Origin: Aplysia californica
Lineage: Eukaryota
Reading direction: 5' to 3'
Assembly (NCBI RefSeq): GCF_000002075.1
Contig: NW_004797278.1
Coordinates: 1,505,641-1,556,087 of the forward strand
Length of the DNA: 50,447 nt
Part shown: piece after piece, positions 11,601 through 23,743 of the stretch
Position numbering within the stretch: position 1 is the first letter of the stretch
How the letters are laid out: each line of letters begins with the position of its first letter
Program-made: the position numbers and the translations under genes
Notes under the pieces: model-generated
Seen by the model: only the letters and a program-made list of their open reading frames with translations
Database searches by the model: none
What the model was told of the DNA's origin: nothing

Positions 11601-14166
11601 AGCAGAGACCTTTCAATAGTGCAGCTCATCAAACTCTATCCTATAGACAGTCGACTTTGAAATGTTTAGCGACTCGCAAATTTCGCGAATTTTTAGGCGC
11701 CTGTCTGTTTGATAAAGTTCGTTAACGCGACTCTTGTTGTCCTCAGTCTTGGCAGAAAAACGAGATCCTGGGTAAACTTTGTCATCGATATCGGAGTGCC
11801 CGGCTTTGAACTTACTACATCACTCATATACCTGTGACTTTGCCATTACTTTCTCCCCATAAACTGACTTTATTTCAGTGTGTATTTCTAGAGGTTTGAG
11901 ACCTTTTGCGGTCAGAAACCGAATAACAGACTTCACTTCTACCCTTGACCAATTTTCCAAGGGGGTAGCCATCTTTTGAGAACTGCTGTGCTCATTTGGT
12001 TTGTGCGATTCTCATGGTGCTCAATCGGGAAATTTCTAAATGATTGTTTTACAAGTGTGCGTTTACAGAATGTGAAAATATTGAATAGTTTTCAAATTAC
12101 AGCCAAATTCCGGTTTTCCGTGGGACAGCCCTCGTATATAGGTCTCACAATGCGCAGGAATCAGGCGCTCGTCAATTTTTGGACACATGGAGTTTTTGGT
12201 ATTATCTTAAAGCCCGTTCATTTACCTTGCTTTTGATGGAAAACATACCCATTTATTTTTAGTAGAAGTTGAAATATTTGAAAGTGAAGAAGGTTTGGGT
12301 CACCTGGTGTCAGAGGTAAAATTGGCAAGAAAAGGGCAGCGAAAGTTTGGTGACTTCCAAAGGTGTAGTGTACTTGGAAACTGCAAATTTACATTTTTTG
12401 TGCCTTTGATCAACATTTTTCAGTAAAATCCACTCTGAAATATGTTGACGTTTTTTTTTATGATGGACATAAAAGGTTCTGAGCCCAAAACAAAAAGCCT
12501 GAGGAAAATTGCCCAACAGGTAGAAACATGTCTGTTTCTTCAATGTCATTTCTTACACGAGCGCGTAATTTCACCACATATTGTATTTTTGAGAGAATTG
12601 TGAGTCAAGGCTGTCCTCAGATGTGAGTGAAAAAGACAGGCAAGGTGGTGGTAGTATAACATGTTTGCCAAGTTTCCCGCCAAAGGCACAGACTTCATGT
12701 TGCTTTCAGCACGGTCATGTCTGTGATGTACTGATGTACATACTGGTGCTGTAGATCTAATTTTACTATTGTGTCGGATGTTTTGTTGTAGACATTGTTT
12801 TATAAAAGATGATACCAAACAGGTCAATCGGTGAAGTGTAATTAAGAAAAACCTTTTCTCACATGAAAAGTACTCATGATTCCTTTAAATTTGTCTTGAT
12901 TCTTCTTTCATCAGCCATTAGAAGCTGATGAATGCAGTTAAATGCTACCTGTGGGTTTTATGACAAGTGCTCTCATCAAACCCTACCACAATATGCTGAA
13001 GGCCTAGGAAATAGTCTCACTAACAAGGCAATCCCCAATGTCCGGATCGGATGCGGGAACAACTTTTTTCTTTGCTCTCATCAAAATGCTTTGTTCATCC
13101 CTTGTTAATGAAATCAAAGGAATAGAGTCGAATGGTGCCATTGCCTCCTAATGACTGATGTAAACGATATCTTTTGACTCTGAGACAGCAAACTGCCACA
13201 ATGTCACCTCAAAGCTGGCACATCTGTTACAAGAGGACGAAACAAATAAATACTGTGCTTAATGTTGCCACTTACACCATGAACTCGCCCACTTTCTTTC
13301 AGGGCTTGGTAGTTTGATGACGGGAATCACTGAATGGATACTATGTTTTTATTTCCATGATTACTGGATGATCTTTCAATGAGAACTGAATGAAAATGTT
13401 AAATATGCAGAAACTCCAGGTCCATCCATGATAAAAGTACTCAAGATGCATCATTTCGTGATGAGTTAAATAATAATTCACTGCTATCGCTGAAATGTAA
13501 TGTGCCAGAGGATTAAAATCTCCTATTGCTGTGAGCGGATTCATACAATGGGTTATAGGCTCTGCACCATCGATACACGGTCCATCATGTTCACAGGCTG
13601 TAACACTGACAGGATTCTGACATTGTCTCCGTGATTGCCCTTATTACCCTGACAGGATGATGCTTAGTGACTGCAGACAATACAAACCTGTTTGAACGGT
13701 CCCACAGAGCTTCAAGTTCTGTTTGCGTACATGGATATTTTGTGAAGTACTTCTGTTCCCTGCTTGTAAATAAAGTTGGAGTTGAGGGTTGGGGGGGGGG
13801 GGGGGGTGTTGTTCTTGCAAAGTCATTTTGCATGTTATATGCGTGGCATATTAAAAAAACCCACATTTTTAGTTAACTTAATATCAAAATATTGAAAGTT
13901 TGTAGTTTTATATGAGAATGTATGTGTGCTCTTTACTTTTTTGTAAAACTTGTTTTTTTTTCACTATTTGCAATTGACCTCCATTTACTTTCTATGTTTT
14001 TCAGGCTAAGTCGCATCCAGAATTCCCGATGATATTGTTTGGCATAGTGTCTGTTATTGGAGGACTAATGACCCTCTTCATGCCAGAGACCCATAGGCGG
14101 CCCCTTCCTCAAACCATCGAAGAAGTCGAGTCTTGGGGCATCTGCAAAAGAAGACGCACAGAATAA
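2217..14166 (+). CDS. SLC22-family (organic cation/anion/zwitterion transporter-like, MFS) gene, 9 coding exons, 646 aa: join(2217-2618,2984-3214,4598-4794,5205-5744,6223-6357,6825-6910,8434-8548,10921-10993,14005-14166)
   Basis: The exons splice in frame (1941 nt) with GT-AG introns. SLC22 hallmarks are present: 4-Cys glycosylated first loop ending STIVSEWDLVC, SDKFGRR, TEIFP..HR, PES, VEIPAY, EIFPTCIRN, PET..PLPQTIEE. The ATG context is aaaATGG. A specific ortholog cannot be assigned by eye. Confidence 0.93.
2984..3214 (+). CDS. SLC22-like coding exon 2 (WDLVC...SDKFGRR...GFFNM)
   Basis: ttgcag|TGG acceptor, ATG|gtgagt donor, 231 nt, phase 0/0, MFS motif A. Confidence 0.93.
3270..3640 (+). 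repeat. Diverged tandem duplication of about 190 bp in intron 2
   Basis: About 3270-3447 matches about 3463-3640, with identical cores caaaggaatctaacatacaaatgtcactgtactgtaa and catgactatttctcctctgctgg. Confidence 0.85.
4598..4794 (+). CDS. SLC22-like coding exon 3 (GIALCTYVMMTEIFP...RDWRHLQL)
   Basis: Polypyrimidine tract plus ttag acceptor, TG|gtaggt donor, phase 0/2. Confidence 0.92.
5205..5744 (+). CDS. SLC22-like coding exon 4 (PES motif, expanded central cytoplasmic loop, start of TM7)
   Basis: tcag acceptor, TT|gtaagt donor, 540 nt open, phase 2/2. Confidence 0.88.
6223..6357 (+). CDS. SLC22-like coding exon 5 (FVNSLSYFG...VEIPAY...CER)
   Basis: ttttcag acceptor, CG|gtaagc donor, 135 nt, phase 2/2. 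Too short for the ORF track. Confidence 0.92.
6825..6910 (+). CDS. SLC22-like coding exon 6 (VGRKVPL...SDEA)
   Basis: cccag acceptor, T|gtaagt donor, phase 2/1, second MFS loop motif R-V-G-R-K. Confidence 0.9.
7325..7800 (-). mobile_element. Tc1-like transposon 5' fragment (N-terminal HTH of transposase), truncated
   Basis: Minus-strand RARAMAWPQDGVGAREVARRLAVSHS...TGSVQEHPRAGRPKKTT, a Tc1-type HTH plus GRP linker. Termini were not resolved, so the right boundary is approximate. Confidence 0.7.
8434..8548 (+). CDS. SLC22-like coding exon 7 (MLGKFAI...AEIFPTCIR)
   Basis: ttccccag acceptor, AG|gtaaaa donor, phase 1/2. Confidence 0.92.
8579..8910 (-). mobile_element. 5'-truncated copy of SINE family A
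   Basis: The reverse complement aligns with the 3' two-thirds of the copies at 39946-40452 and 45750-46250. Confidence 0.85.
9009..10071. mobile_element. Non-autonomous hAT-like DNA transposon with 6-bp TSD
   Basis: TIRs CAGGGTGACTGCCA and TGGCAGTCATCCTG (13/14). Direct repeat AATAAG at 9003-9008 and 10072-10077. Subterminal GGGAA motifs at both ends. Confidence 0.75.
10089..10314 (-). mobile_element. RTE-clade LINE 3' end
   Basis: Minus-strand KPSGNITRQSLQWNPQGARGRGRLWDTWRR...ELGR*AQDRDKWKELVCGLY, then a TGATGATTATGAT-type tail. Confidence 0.85.
10921..10993 (+). CDS. SLC22-like coding exon 8 (NHAVGISSCFENFGSIAAPFIVFS, TM11)
   Basis: Long polypyrimidine tract plus ttcag, TCT|gtaagt donor, phase 2/0. 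Confidence 0.92.
11160..12134 (-). mobile_element. Internally deleted mariner element (975 bp) in intron 8
   Basis: Perfect 27-bp TIRs (CGAGGGCTGTCCCACGGAAAACCGGAA) flanked by TA. The transposase pseudogene runs from ATG 11972 (MATPLENWSRVEVKSVIRFL) with stops, through SPDLALSD, to GDYIEK. Confidence 0.93.
13050..13560 (-). mobile_element. Highly degenerate LINE ORF2 relic (APE endonuclease, possibly RT traces)
   Basis: Ordered GDFN ... WTW ... DHPV motifs in the 13341-13544 frame, and a weak KAF-like motif near 13090. Confidence 0.35.
14005..14166 (+). CDS. SLC22-like terminal coding exon (TM12, PET...PQTIEEVE, stop TAA)
   Basis: ttttcag acceptor, 54 codons ending GAA TAA. An AATAAA overlaps the stop. 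Confidence 0.92.
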   Translation, partial: AKSHPEFPMILFGIVSVIGGLMTLFMPETHRRPLPQTIEEVESWGICKRRRTE

Positions 14167-14796
14167 AAACATATAATTCTTTTGACCCATTTGACGTGGG
14201 TTTAAAAAAAAAAAATTGACATGGAGTGTTGTTTTTAGAATATTATGTGGGTTGTTGACCTACAAGTCTTTTATTTATCATTTGAGATTGCAGTAGAAAC
14301 CTTTTATGGATTCCAAAGTGAGACAAAGAGTTGTTTTTTTAAGCTATACTTTGAGTGTTCCTCTAGATGATTACCCCCCCGTGGCAGTGCCACTGACTGT
14401 AGTATTTTTAGGCCATTCCCAAAGGGGGGACATTTCTCATTCAAGCACAGTAAAATTGTAAATGGGCTGATTCACCATGTCACGCTCATAACTGTGCCTG
14501 ATCTACAACAGGGAACTGCTGCTTTTTCTTTCCTAATCTTTACTATTGTCATTTTCCTTTACTTCTTTTGTATGTTTGTCACTCTCTTGTGACCTGCTAT
14601 TTCCGGGGTGCCTTGATAGTCGAAGCAGACCTTGTGCTGTTGAAGCTAGAGAGGTGAGCAGAGCAAGTCTGATTCCCTGTAAAGACTTCTCTGTTGACAC
14701 CCACCCCTTGGCGCTCATATGACCTAATGCAGTTGCGAGCGCTGTAAAAACCTCTACTATAAAAAAAAACCCAACTCTAGATGATTTTTTAAAATT

Positions 14797-15036
14797 GTGT
14801 AAGTAAAAGGAAAAGTGCCTGGTTGGCAGCAACGAAAGGCAAGAGGATGTACTAGAACTCTAGTAGGAAACAATTTTTTATTTTTATTTGAAGGAACTAT
14901 TAGTGTTGATAGTGTTCTTTTAGATTATTTTTTGTTGTGTGAGTAAAAGGGAAAAAAGCCTAGTTGGCAGTAATGAAAAGGCAAGAGGATGTACAAGGAC
15001 TTCCGGGATGAAAGCATTTTAATTTGAAGGAATTAT
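14797..15036 (+). repeat. Diverged tandem duplication with about 140-bp period downstream of the stop codon
   Basis: agtaaaagg..gcct.gttggcag.aa.gaaaggcaagaggatgtac..atttgaaggaa occurs twice. Confidence 0.8.
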
Positions 15037-18000
15037 AAAGTTGTTTTTTTTAAAAGAATCCTGTTTGTTTTGTTTTTTTCTTCATTCTCTTTGATATCTT
15101 GTGTTCTGTGCAGTGGTTCTACAGTATTACTCTGCATGCTAATGACATATGTTTGTTTTATATTATAGAATCTCTCAAACTGCGAAAGATTTACATAGAA
15201 TCAAGTATATGATTTGACTAATGATGATTTGTGACTAAAAGAGAAAATCAAATGGAAGCTTCGAAGTGAGAGGTACGTATGTGCCAATTTTCTGTACAAA
15301 GTTTCAGATTTCTTCTTATAACTATGATTTTATTCATGGTCCATTTTGCTTTGGAATGAAGAATCAGCATTTATTTATTTTATTTATGTAATTTCAATGT
15401 TGATAATTTGTATTATTTAATTTCCAATTTTTTCAGGATTGGAATTATTTTGGAGTATTAAGTTTTTTTAAACACGTTTTTGAACTTTTGTGCTTTTCAG
15501 AGTTTTTGTGTACGTTAATATTTGTTATTGATCTAAGAAATAGGCTGATAATCACTGTGTCCTTTGACATGTCGCTGTGGTGTATCAGTAATGAGAGATT
15601 GTATTACATGAGTGCCCAGCCAACACCTGAAAGGGAATCTGGTCACCCCTAAGGGACAAACTCTACTGCATGTGTCCGAGTTGCCATACAGAATACAGAA
15701 GGAATATTACAAAGAAAGCCTTCTTTCTCTCATGGCTATCAGTATAAGTCTTTCCTTGGTTAAAAAAAAAAAATTATATACACAAGGCTACCAAAATCAA
15801 TGTGCCAATTATTATTGTTGCAGCCCTTCCACCCTTTATAATTTAGGCATTATGGTTCTAAAAATTGCCCAGTTTTTATTTGTGTGATTTTGCGCACAGT
15901 CCTTTGCTAGGGTATTTTTTTCTGTTTGTTTTCCCCAAGTTGCATCAGGGTTCATATGGGAAATGGAAAACCTGTTGAATGTTGCTTCCCTCATTCATTT
16001 CTTCTGTTGAAAGGTTTTGTGATTAAAATCTGTCTTAAAGCAGATATGTTGTGGCTTTCATTATTTCAGCAAAATGCAGTGGTATTCTGGCCTCACAGAT
16101 TCTTTTATTGACAAATGCTGGTAGCTGTTCTTTCACATGAAAAAAGTCCCTATTAATACATGAGGGAGATAGCAAGTTGTATGACAGGTATGACTTAAGA
16201 TGTATGAAAAAAAAGATAAGCACTTCATCCTGCAAACCAAAAGTTATGTGGTCAAGATGGCGTATGGGAGGATGCTGACAATACTTTTTTTTTAGAACTG
16301 AGTGCTCTTGAAGGCTTGGCATATATAATATAAGGGTGGAGATGTTACAGGAATATGGAAAAAGATTATTGCTATGTGTTACAGATTTTTGAGGGAATGT
16401 GGTTGGTCAGTTTGCTCTAAGTACAGAGACAAAATGTTGGGGGGGGGGGGGGGGGGGGTTTCCATATCAAAGCCTTGAGAAGTGATGTACATTAAAACAA
16501 AGAACTGCACCATGAATTGGACTCTCACTACGTCGCATTTGGTTATCACTGTCAAAACATTGCGTCCTCTTTTTCATTTTGCAGAAGGATTTGTATGTTT
16601 CCTTTTTTTTCATGTAAAAACAGAATTTGAAAGAAGCTTTACTGATGGCATTGACTTATCGTATGATATTATTTTGTTGACTCTTTAAATGTTACTTTTA
16701 TAGTGAAACTCCTTTTGTGTATTATTTATAGATTGCAGATTCCTGTATATCCCACAGAACAATTTGTTGTTGATTTGTTATATGATTGTTTTCTTTTTGA
16801 AATAATTGAATCTCATTTCTGTGTGCATGACAACGGGCTTTTTGGAGATGGTGTCACATACTGCTGTGATAAGGAGTACTCAGTACATCATGAACTTCAA
16901 GTATTTAAGATGATCATTTTGTTGAGGATACACAGGTAGCCATATGTGTCATTACTGTTTATTGGTGTACTTTAAATTATTTTTTTGCCTCTTTAAAGTC
17001 TTTCAATGGAAGAGGAAAATGTTCTGCTGCTATAGCTAGGTGTAGCCATGAGCAATGCATTCCTTAAGTTCTAATGTATTAAACTCTCCTTTTCCCTTGA
17101 AAACGGAGTTGTGTATTATGCGTTGGAATTCTGAATTTGACACTGAATTTGACAATCTGGGTACAGAATCTCTTGTGTCACAGCTACTTGTCAACCATTA
17201 TGTACTTGCTATTGTTTTGAAGTGGGGATAAGTCCCTATCAAACTATTCCTTCTTATGTGAATTCTTCCTTTTGCTTCTTTGGCATTTTGCCATGACTTG
17301 ACTGGACGTCTGGATATTTTTGTGAGTTAGCATTTATCTGAAAGAATTTTCTAATTTATATAAGAGGAGATTTTTATTCTATGAAGTTATGCACTCCTTC
17401 AGTACACCAATGCAAAAACTTTGTTTGCCTTTCCTATTTGTCACTCTCTGCGCTAGAAAAGGGGTTGGGGGAGTAGCATTTATATGCAGTGTTTCTTTAA
17501 TCAAGTATTAAAAGTGTTAGTAGTAATGAATGGTCTGAGAAAAAAGAATTAAAATCTAGGTTCAGATATAATGTTGAGTCTTCTAATTTTGAAGAAATAT
17601 ATAGAAATTGTTGAGTATGAATTAACTACAGCAAGTTTCCAGGAATTTGTCAAATGTTGCTTAGAATTTCATTGAAATTTCATCATTTAAAGTCAGGCAT
17701 CTTTGAATTCTCAACATCTTCTCCAGATAATTCTACTGAGAATTGATCACACCTTTAATGCGAAATTACAGAACAAAAAAATGTGGATGTGCCCCCAATT
17801 TTTTTCTTGAGTTGTTTTGAGACTCCCTTCTCAATAACATGTTGACTGTTCTTATACTTTCCTTGTTTTGGGTGTGTGTAGAAGTTGCTTCTGATGTGAC
17901 TTTGTTCTGATATTTTTACTTTTTTGGGAATGTGTATTGAAGTTGTCTTTTGATTTGACTTAACCTATTAATAGATCCATGTTTGTCTTATATTGAATTT

Positions 18001-19678
18001 TGAAAATCTCAGTGGCTTAGGTGTTTTGAGATGTGTAAAGCAAAATGTTTCGATGTGGGTCAAGAGCTGCTTTAATCATGCGTTTTTCTCAACTTTTAAA
18101 ATTGTGCATGAAAGTTGAAAAATTACTTTTTAAAAAATTAAAATTGTTTCTTAGTTTAGAATAAGCTCTGCCTCAGTTATCCTATTTGATGTCCTGAGTC
18201 GTCACAAAACTTTTGAACATTATTTCAAATCATCACTTTGCTTTTCAGGTGGCCACTTACCTTAAACATCAAGCAGGAAAAATATGGGCGAAAGTATATG
18301 ATTGTAGCAATAGGTACACAGAACGAGGGGATACATTGAAGATTAAATTCTCGTTGCTTTCTGTTATTGTACGTTTATACTGTTATCTTACCATATGAAG
18401 TTGAGGTCCCATCCACAGACATCTTTTTTAGAATAGCTTTTTGAGCTGATTTGGTTATTGTATTTTTGCTTTCTTGCTCTCTGAACGTTCAATTGTGACT
18501 AATAATATTCAAGGGTGTTATCTTATGTTAACTGAAGCTGTGCTGACAGTTAAATGATGCTCATTTAAGTCATTTAGAGTATTTTTCTTGTTCTACTTGT
18601 TCTGTATTACACGGCCAGCTGGTCTTAGCAAAAGCCTGAAAACGAAACATCTGTGTTGTTCCTACCACTGTGAGATGATGATTATTGTCTGTTTGATAGC
18701 TAAGCATTGCATGCCATGATGTTTTAAAATAATTTTTCATACAGAAATATGTGTTTGTGCTTTTTGGAAAACATCAGTTGAAGTGGAAAACATGTTTTGT
18801 GTCTGTTTATAGAATGAGAGAGCTTGTGCCTGTGTTTAAATGGCAGCTTTCACACATATCTTTTTCACTTTTTGAATAGATCTCATTGTTTGGAATTTTT
18901 CTGTTGATACCTTTTCCCTAGACTAGAAATTAAAAACTGTTTCACTTCAACATGAAGATGTCATAGAGTTGAATATTTTTAGATTTTAAAAAATGTGCCG
19001 TTGATTGATAATGTTCTTATGGGGATAATTTTTATTACTGTTTTGCCCTTCCTGATAGATATGACCAGTTGCCAAATAGGACAAGTCAAACGTTCTCATC
19101 TGATCATGAGCTGATATTATTTTTAATTTAAAGGGGTTATATCTCTTATATTACCAAAAAAAAAAGATGTTTTCTTTTTTTCTGAATCTTCTACTGTTAT
19201 AAAATACTTTGAATCGCATTTGTCATGATAGAAACTTAAGTTAACATATTATATTAACATCTTAATCTTATTGTAATATAATCATTTAAAGCTCTCTTTT
19301 ACAATGATTGAAGTAATGTAGCATATTAATATTTTTATTTTCCATGCAAGAATCTGTTACTTAGTGGTCATAAATTAAACCATAGATCTAGATATCATAA
19401 GGTTATGTTAATTACATAGTCAGTTTTTTCTTCTCCTGTTAAAACATAATGTTATCAGTTATGTGAAACTCACAGAACAGATGGCAGATGAAGGTATCAT
19501 TCGACCATGGCAGTTCAAAAGTTCCTCTTGGTTGAGCTCATTCAATGAGAGAATTCTTTGCTGATACATGGAGTCTGCTTAAACTGTACATTGTTAATCC
19601 GAAAACAGTGGTAAGCCGGAAAAAAATTAAGTCCCTGATTTTTTTTCTCCTCTTTGTCATTGTAAGAAAACTATCGAT

Positions 19679-19761
19679 AAGTCGAAATGCTCCCATTTAT
19701 GAACTGAAAAGAATTTTGAGAGTAAGTCGAAATGTTCCCATTTATAAACTGAAAAGAATTT
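19679..19761 (+). repeat. 45-bp-period tandem duplication
   Basis: aagtcgaaatg(c/t)tcccatttat(g/a)aactgaaaagaattt occurs twice. Confidence 0.8.
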
Positions 19762-20660
19762 CGAGTTACGTCAATTAAATCTTCAGTAGCAACTCTCAGG
19801 TGAAACAAGTCATCAAGTCTTAGACATGCTTCAAGGTAGTAGAATAAGAGAAAAGGACATGAGAACACATGTATGTCAATTGTGGCCCACCCACTACACT
19901 GTATATAGACCTAGTGAAGCTAATGTAGCGAATGTACGCCTGTCACACAACTTTCATTTGGTCATTGCCTATTGTCTTTGCAAAGTTAGTTCATACATCT
20001 CCAATAAATGAGCACATGACATGGTGTGGTGTGTTTCATGACGTCACTGCAATTGGGCTGTCTCACAACTTTATGCGGTAATAATGCAGAGCACAGTAGA
20101 GTGTGCTGGTCTACTCTTCCATCTGTCCTGTTGGACTGTTTGTCAGACTAAGCAAGTTGGCATTGTCGAATAGAAAGCACAAGAGCCTTTAGCTCAAATT
20201 GCAGTTAATAAAAGAGGAACATGTTGCAGATGAGGGAGAAAAAAAAACTTTCAAAAAAGGAAATTTGCCACAAGCATGGTATTCCCTGCTCTGCGCTGTT
20301 CAGAATCATCGCTATTTGAGCAACCCTCTCTAAACCGGAAAAGTGGCTTAACTGAAGAAACTCCATCAGTCACACAGATTTCGGTTTAAGCAGACTCCTC
20401 AGGTAAATGTGTGAAAAGGCAAATCTAGGATTATTGTACCTGTGATATCTATATCATATACAAGACTTCTTCTGATTTGGCAACAAGTCATATCTGACCT
20501 TCCGTGTTATGGCCCATTCTTTGTTGTCTTCTTGTCCATTTCCTTTCCTTTTTTTATATTGTACAAATACTTCAGTAGTTTGTTGACTGTTGAGTGATGA
20601 TACATCTTTTGCTAAAACAAAATAATGGCCCTGTAAGATTTTTGCCATTTGTTCCTTGTA

Positions 20661-21991
20661 CGAGAGGCATACCAAGTTTTTTACCTGACCATGAAGGAAT
20701 CAAGATAGAAAGCCGAAATTTGGGACGAAAGTCAAGAATGATCTTCCGAGAATGCATGTAAATTTTGGGCAATTTCCGATCACTGGTTTTGTTACAAACA
20801 CACTGTACTGTAAGTGAATGGGGGTATGTTGTTCTCCAGTTTCAACATAAAAATGGAGAAATTGAGCACAGGGCTGTAATGAAGTTTTTGCTCTCGCGAG
20901 GCAAGCAAATACAGGATATTTTTATGGAGATGCATGCTGTTTTTGGAACTGATTGCCCATCCTATGTGTGATAAAGATTTTGGTGTGAAAAATTCAAATG
21001 CGGATTCTTGAACATTGAAGATGACGACCGTGATGGTCGCCCAGTGACAGCAACAACATAAGAGAATGTGTTGAAAATCAAGAAACTTGTGTTTTCTGAT
21101 AGGCGGGTGACAGTTTAATGTTAGAGCAAAGAAACTAGGCTTAGCATTGGTTCAATTGAACAAATCTAAAATGAACATTTGAATATGACCAAGGTTTCGG
21201 CGAGATGGGTCCTACGCTTGTTGACTCTTCCTCAAAAAGTGCAACGTATGGATTTTTATCAAGAATTGCTTGGTCTGTATGAAAAGGATGAAACGAAATT
21301 TTTTGAAAGACTTGTAACCATGGATGAGACATAGGTCCACCACTACGATCATAAGTCAAAATATGCTTCAATGCATCAATGCATTGGAAATATCCCTCGT
21401 CTCCAGCCCCAAAGAAGGCAAAGGTTAAGCCATTAAGTGGAAAAGTGATGCTATTGGTTTTTTGGGACCAAGAAGGAGTGATTATGAGTCCGACTATCTT
21501 GAAAATGGACATACGATCACTGGAGACCTTTATTCTTACCAGGTAAAAAAAATTATGAGAGGTTATATAAGAAAAACGCAGAGGAAAGATCCAAAAAGAC
21601 ATTTTGTGCTTCGCGACAAAGCGCCAGCTCACACTTCAAGAAAAGCTGCAGAAACTACGCGAAAAAATGGTTTTGGAATTTTGCAACATGATCCACCATT
21701 TTCTCCAGATTTAGCCCCATCCGACTTTTTTTATTCCCCAAACTGGAAAAGGACTTAAAAGGAAGGCATTTTGAAAGTGATGATGGGGTCAAAGAAGCGG
21801 TAGACGGTTGTTCTTCTTACAAAGAGAGGGTCTTCTATTCTCAAGGTCTTTTCAAGGTCAAACACCGATGGCACAAATGTATAACTGTTGGAGGCAACTA
21901 CGTAGAGAAAGATTAAGGTAAATACCAAATTTCAACTTTCTACCTTTATTCCTTCATGGTCAGGTAAAAAAAACTTTTGGTATGCCCCTCG
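20661..21991 (+). mobile_element. Full-length dead mariner element (1331 bp)
   Basis: TA at 20659-20660 and imperfect TIRs at 20661-20723 and 21925-21991. Frameshifted transposase at 20853-21916 with IEHRAVMKFL, KVSARWV, VTMDET, RDKAPAH, PPFSPDLAPSD and GNYVEKD*. Confidence 0.93.
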
Positions 21992-23668
21992 AATGTTGGT
22001 CATTTTTTTAATTAAGATATGTGTAGTTTTGAATTTCTAAAAAGGGTGAAAAACTGTGAGAGATTACAGTGTGTCAAGATTTGAGCGAACATGTTTTGTT
22101 TACAAATTTACAAAAAGTCCGCATTTGAATAATTTGTTTGTTTTATGAAGGCAATGCAATAATTTTTTTGTTTGTCCTAGAAGAAAAGAACACATGCTCA
22201 AAGATAGTTGATATTTATAAATTATGATATAGGTTTTGTTTTACAGTGTCTTCTCATTCTCATGTTTCATCTTGTTATGTATGAGAGTAACATTTGTTGA
22301 AAGAAATATTTCTAAATATTTCTGCCCCTTAAAATTACTGCCCATTACCATCAAAATGTTCTTTTCTTGTCATTGTTCTTAGAACTTTTTATATGTGAAA
22401 GATGACTTAATGTCTGATAATTTGATGCCACCTCTCATATTCATATTATTCCTAGCTAGTGACCTTAAAGTCTGACATTGAATTTCATTGCATTTCTTTA
22501 AAAAAATACTGTCCAAATAATGTTCATCAGAGATGAAGGAAACTGTTTTCAGATTAAAATGAAGAAAACCGAAAACCGTGGTTTTATTTGAAAGGATCTT
22601 GTAAGGAAGTGTTTTTTAAAATGAAGTGTAACAATGTTCAAAAGCTTGGACTTTCTTTAGTTGTGGTTATTTTAAAAATATTAATAGTTTATATAACTGA
22701 ATTTTTCTTACGTGTTTTTATATGTGTGGGGATTAAGGTATTAAAGCTAAACCAGGAATGTGTAAGAAGTTTAGTTTTGATGTACATATCAGGACTGACG
22801 CCAGTGTAAGTCCCTTTCATTTTTTTGGTGCAAACAAGCACCAAATTAAGTGAAATATACACACTGACTCTCTAGAATGAATAAAGAAAATGTTTGCACT
22901 CTTTAAGATGCTGCCCAGAATCTTGTAGTTGTAGTCATTCCATTTGCAGGGTACATGTTTGCAAATATTTCTTGCTTGTAGTTTTGCAGGTATAAGACAA
23001 GTTTCTGACAAGCTACCATGTGCTGACCTCTTCTCTCAATGCATTTTCAAACACTTTATAATTCACATGATGAAATGTTTCCTATTCCAAATGGTGTGAC
23101 TTATACTTAAATCATTCAGCGTAATTGACATTTTTGTATAATCATTGCATGGCTCTCCTACAGTCCCTTGATTTATCTGCTCCCATGTCTCATTTTCGGC
23201 CTGTCACGTCTTCTTTGGGTAAAGTGTTTTATTTTACCTTGATAATGCCCCCTACAGGGCAGCGTGATGAATTTTTAGGTGAACAATAAGTATCTAGCAT
23301 ATATGGTGTAAATTCTTCCAGAGGTAATTGTGAAGAGCAATGATAAGTGAACAGGAATGAGAACTTTACGAATCAAAAAACTGCATGCAATAGTTACTTG
23401 AATATGAGCTGATACTTGACATCCACAATGCAGTCAACTGGATTAGTTTATGCATGTTGGGAGGGGAGTGAAAAAAAGATCTGTAGTTCAACTTAACCGT
23501 TGAGACCCTATAAAGAAGAAGAGATGCTGGGACCTGAGAAAAAAATCAGCTTAACCGAAGATCATCTCAAGACGTGATTTCAACACAAGTGGAGTCAAGT
23601 GTATGAAGAAATTGAAGCAATTTGGTCTGTAAAAGCCATATTTAGTATCACTCTAGTTATATCATCAT

Positions 23669-23743
23669 ATTGTCGCCTGTGAACTATTTTGTCCAAAATG
23701 TCTAAAGAGTGCACTTTGGACAAAATAGTTCTCAGGCGACAAT
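23669..23743. repeat. Near-perfect hairpin (28/29-bp stem, 17-nt loop)
   Basis: attgtcgcctgtgaactattttgtccaaa pairs with tttggacaaaatagttctcaggcgacaat. Confidence 0.85.

Noticed and set aside
12907-12932. 9-bp inverted repeat ttcatcagc/gctgatgaa
   Set aside because: Too short to distinguish from chance, and no ribozyme or snoRNA context.
21141-21632. 163-aa minus-strand ORF
   Set aside because: It is the antisense shadow of the mariner transposase pseudogene.
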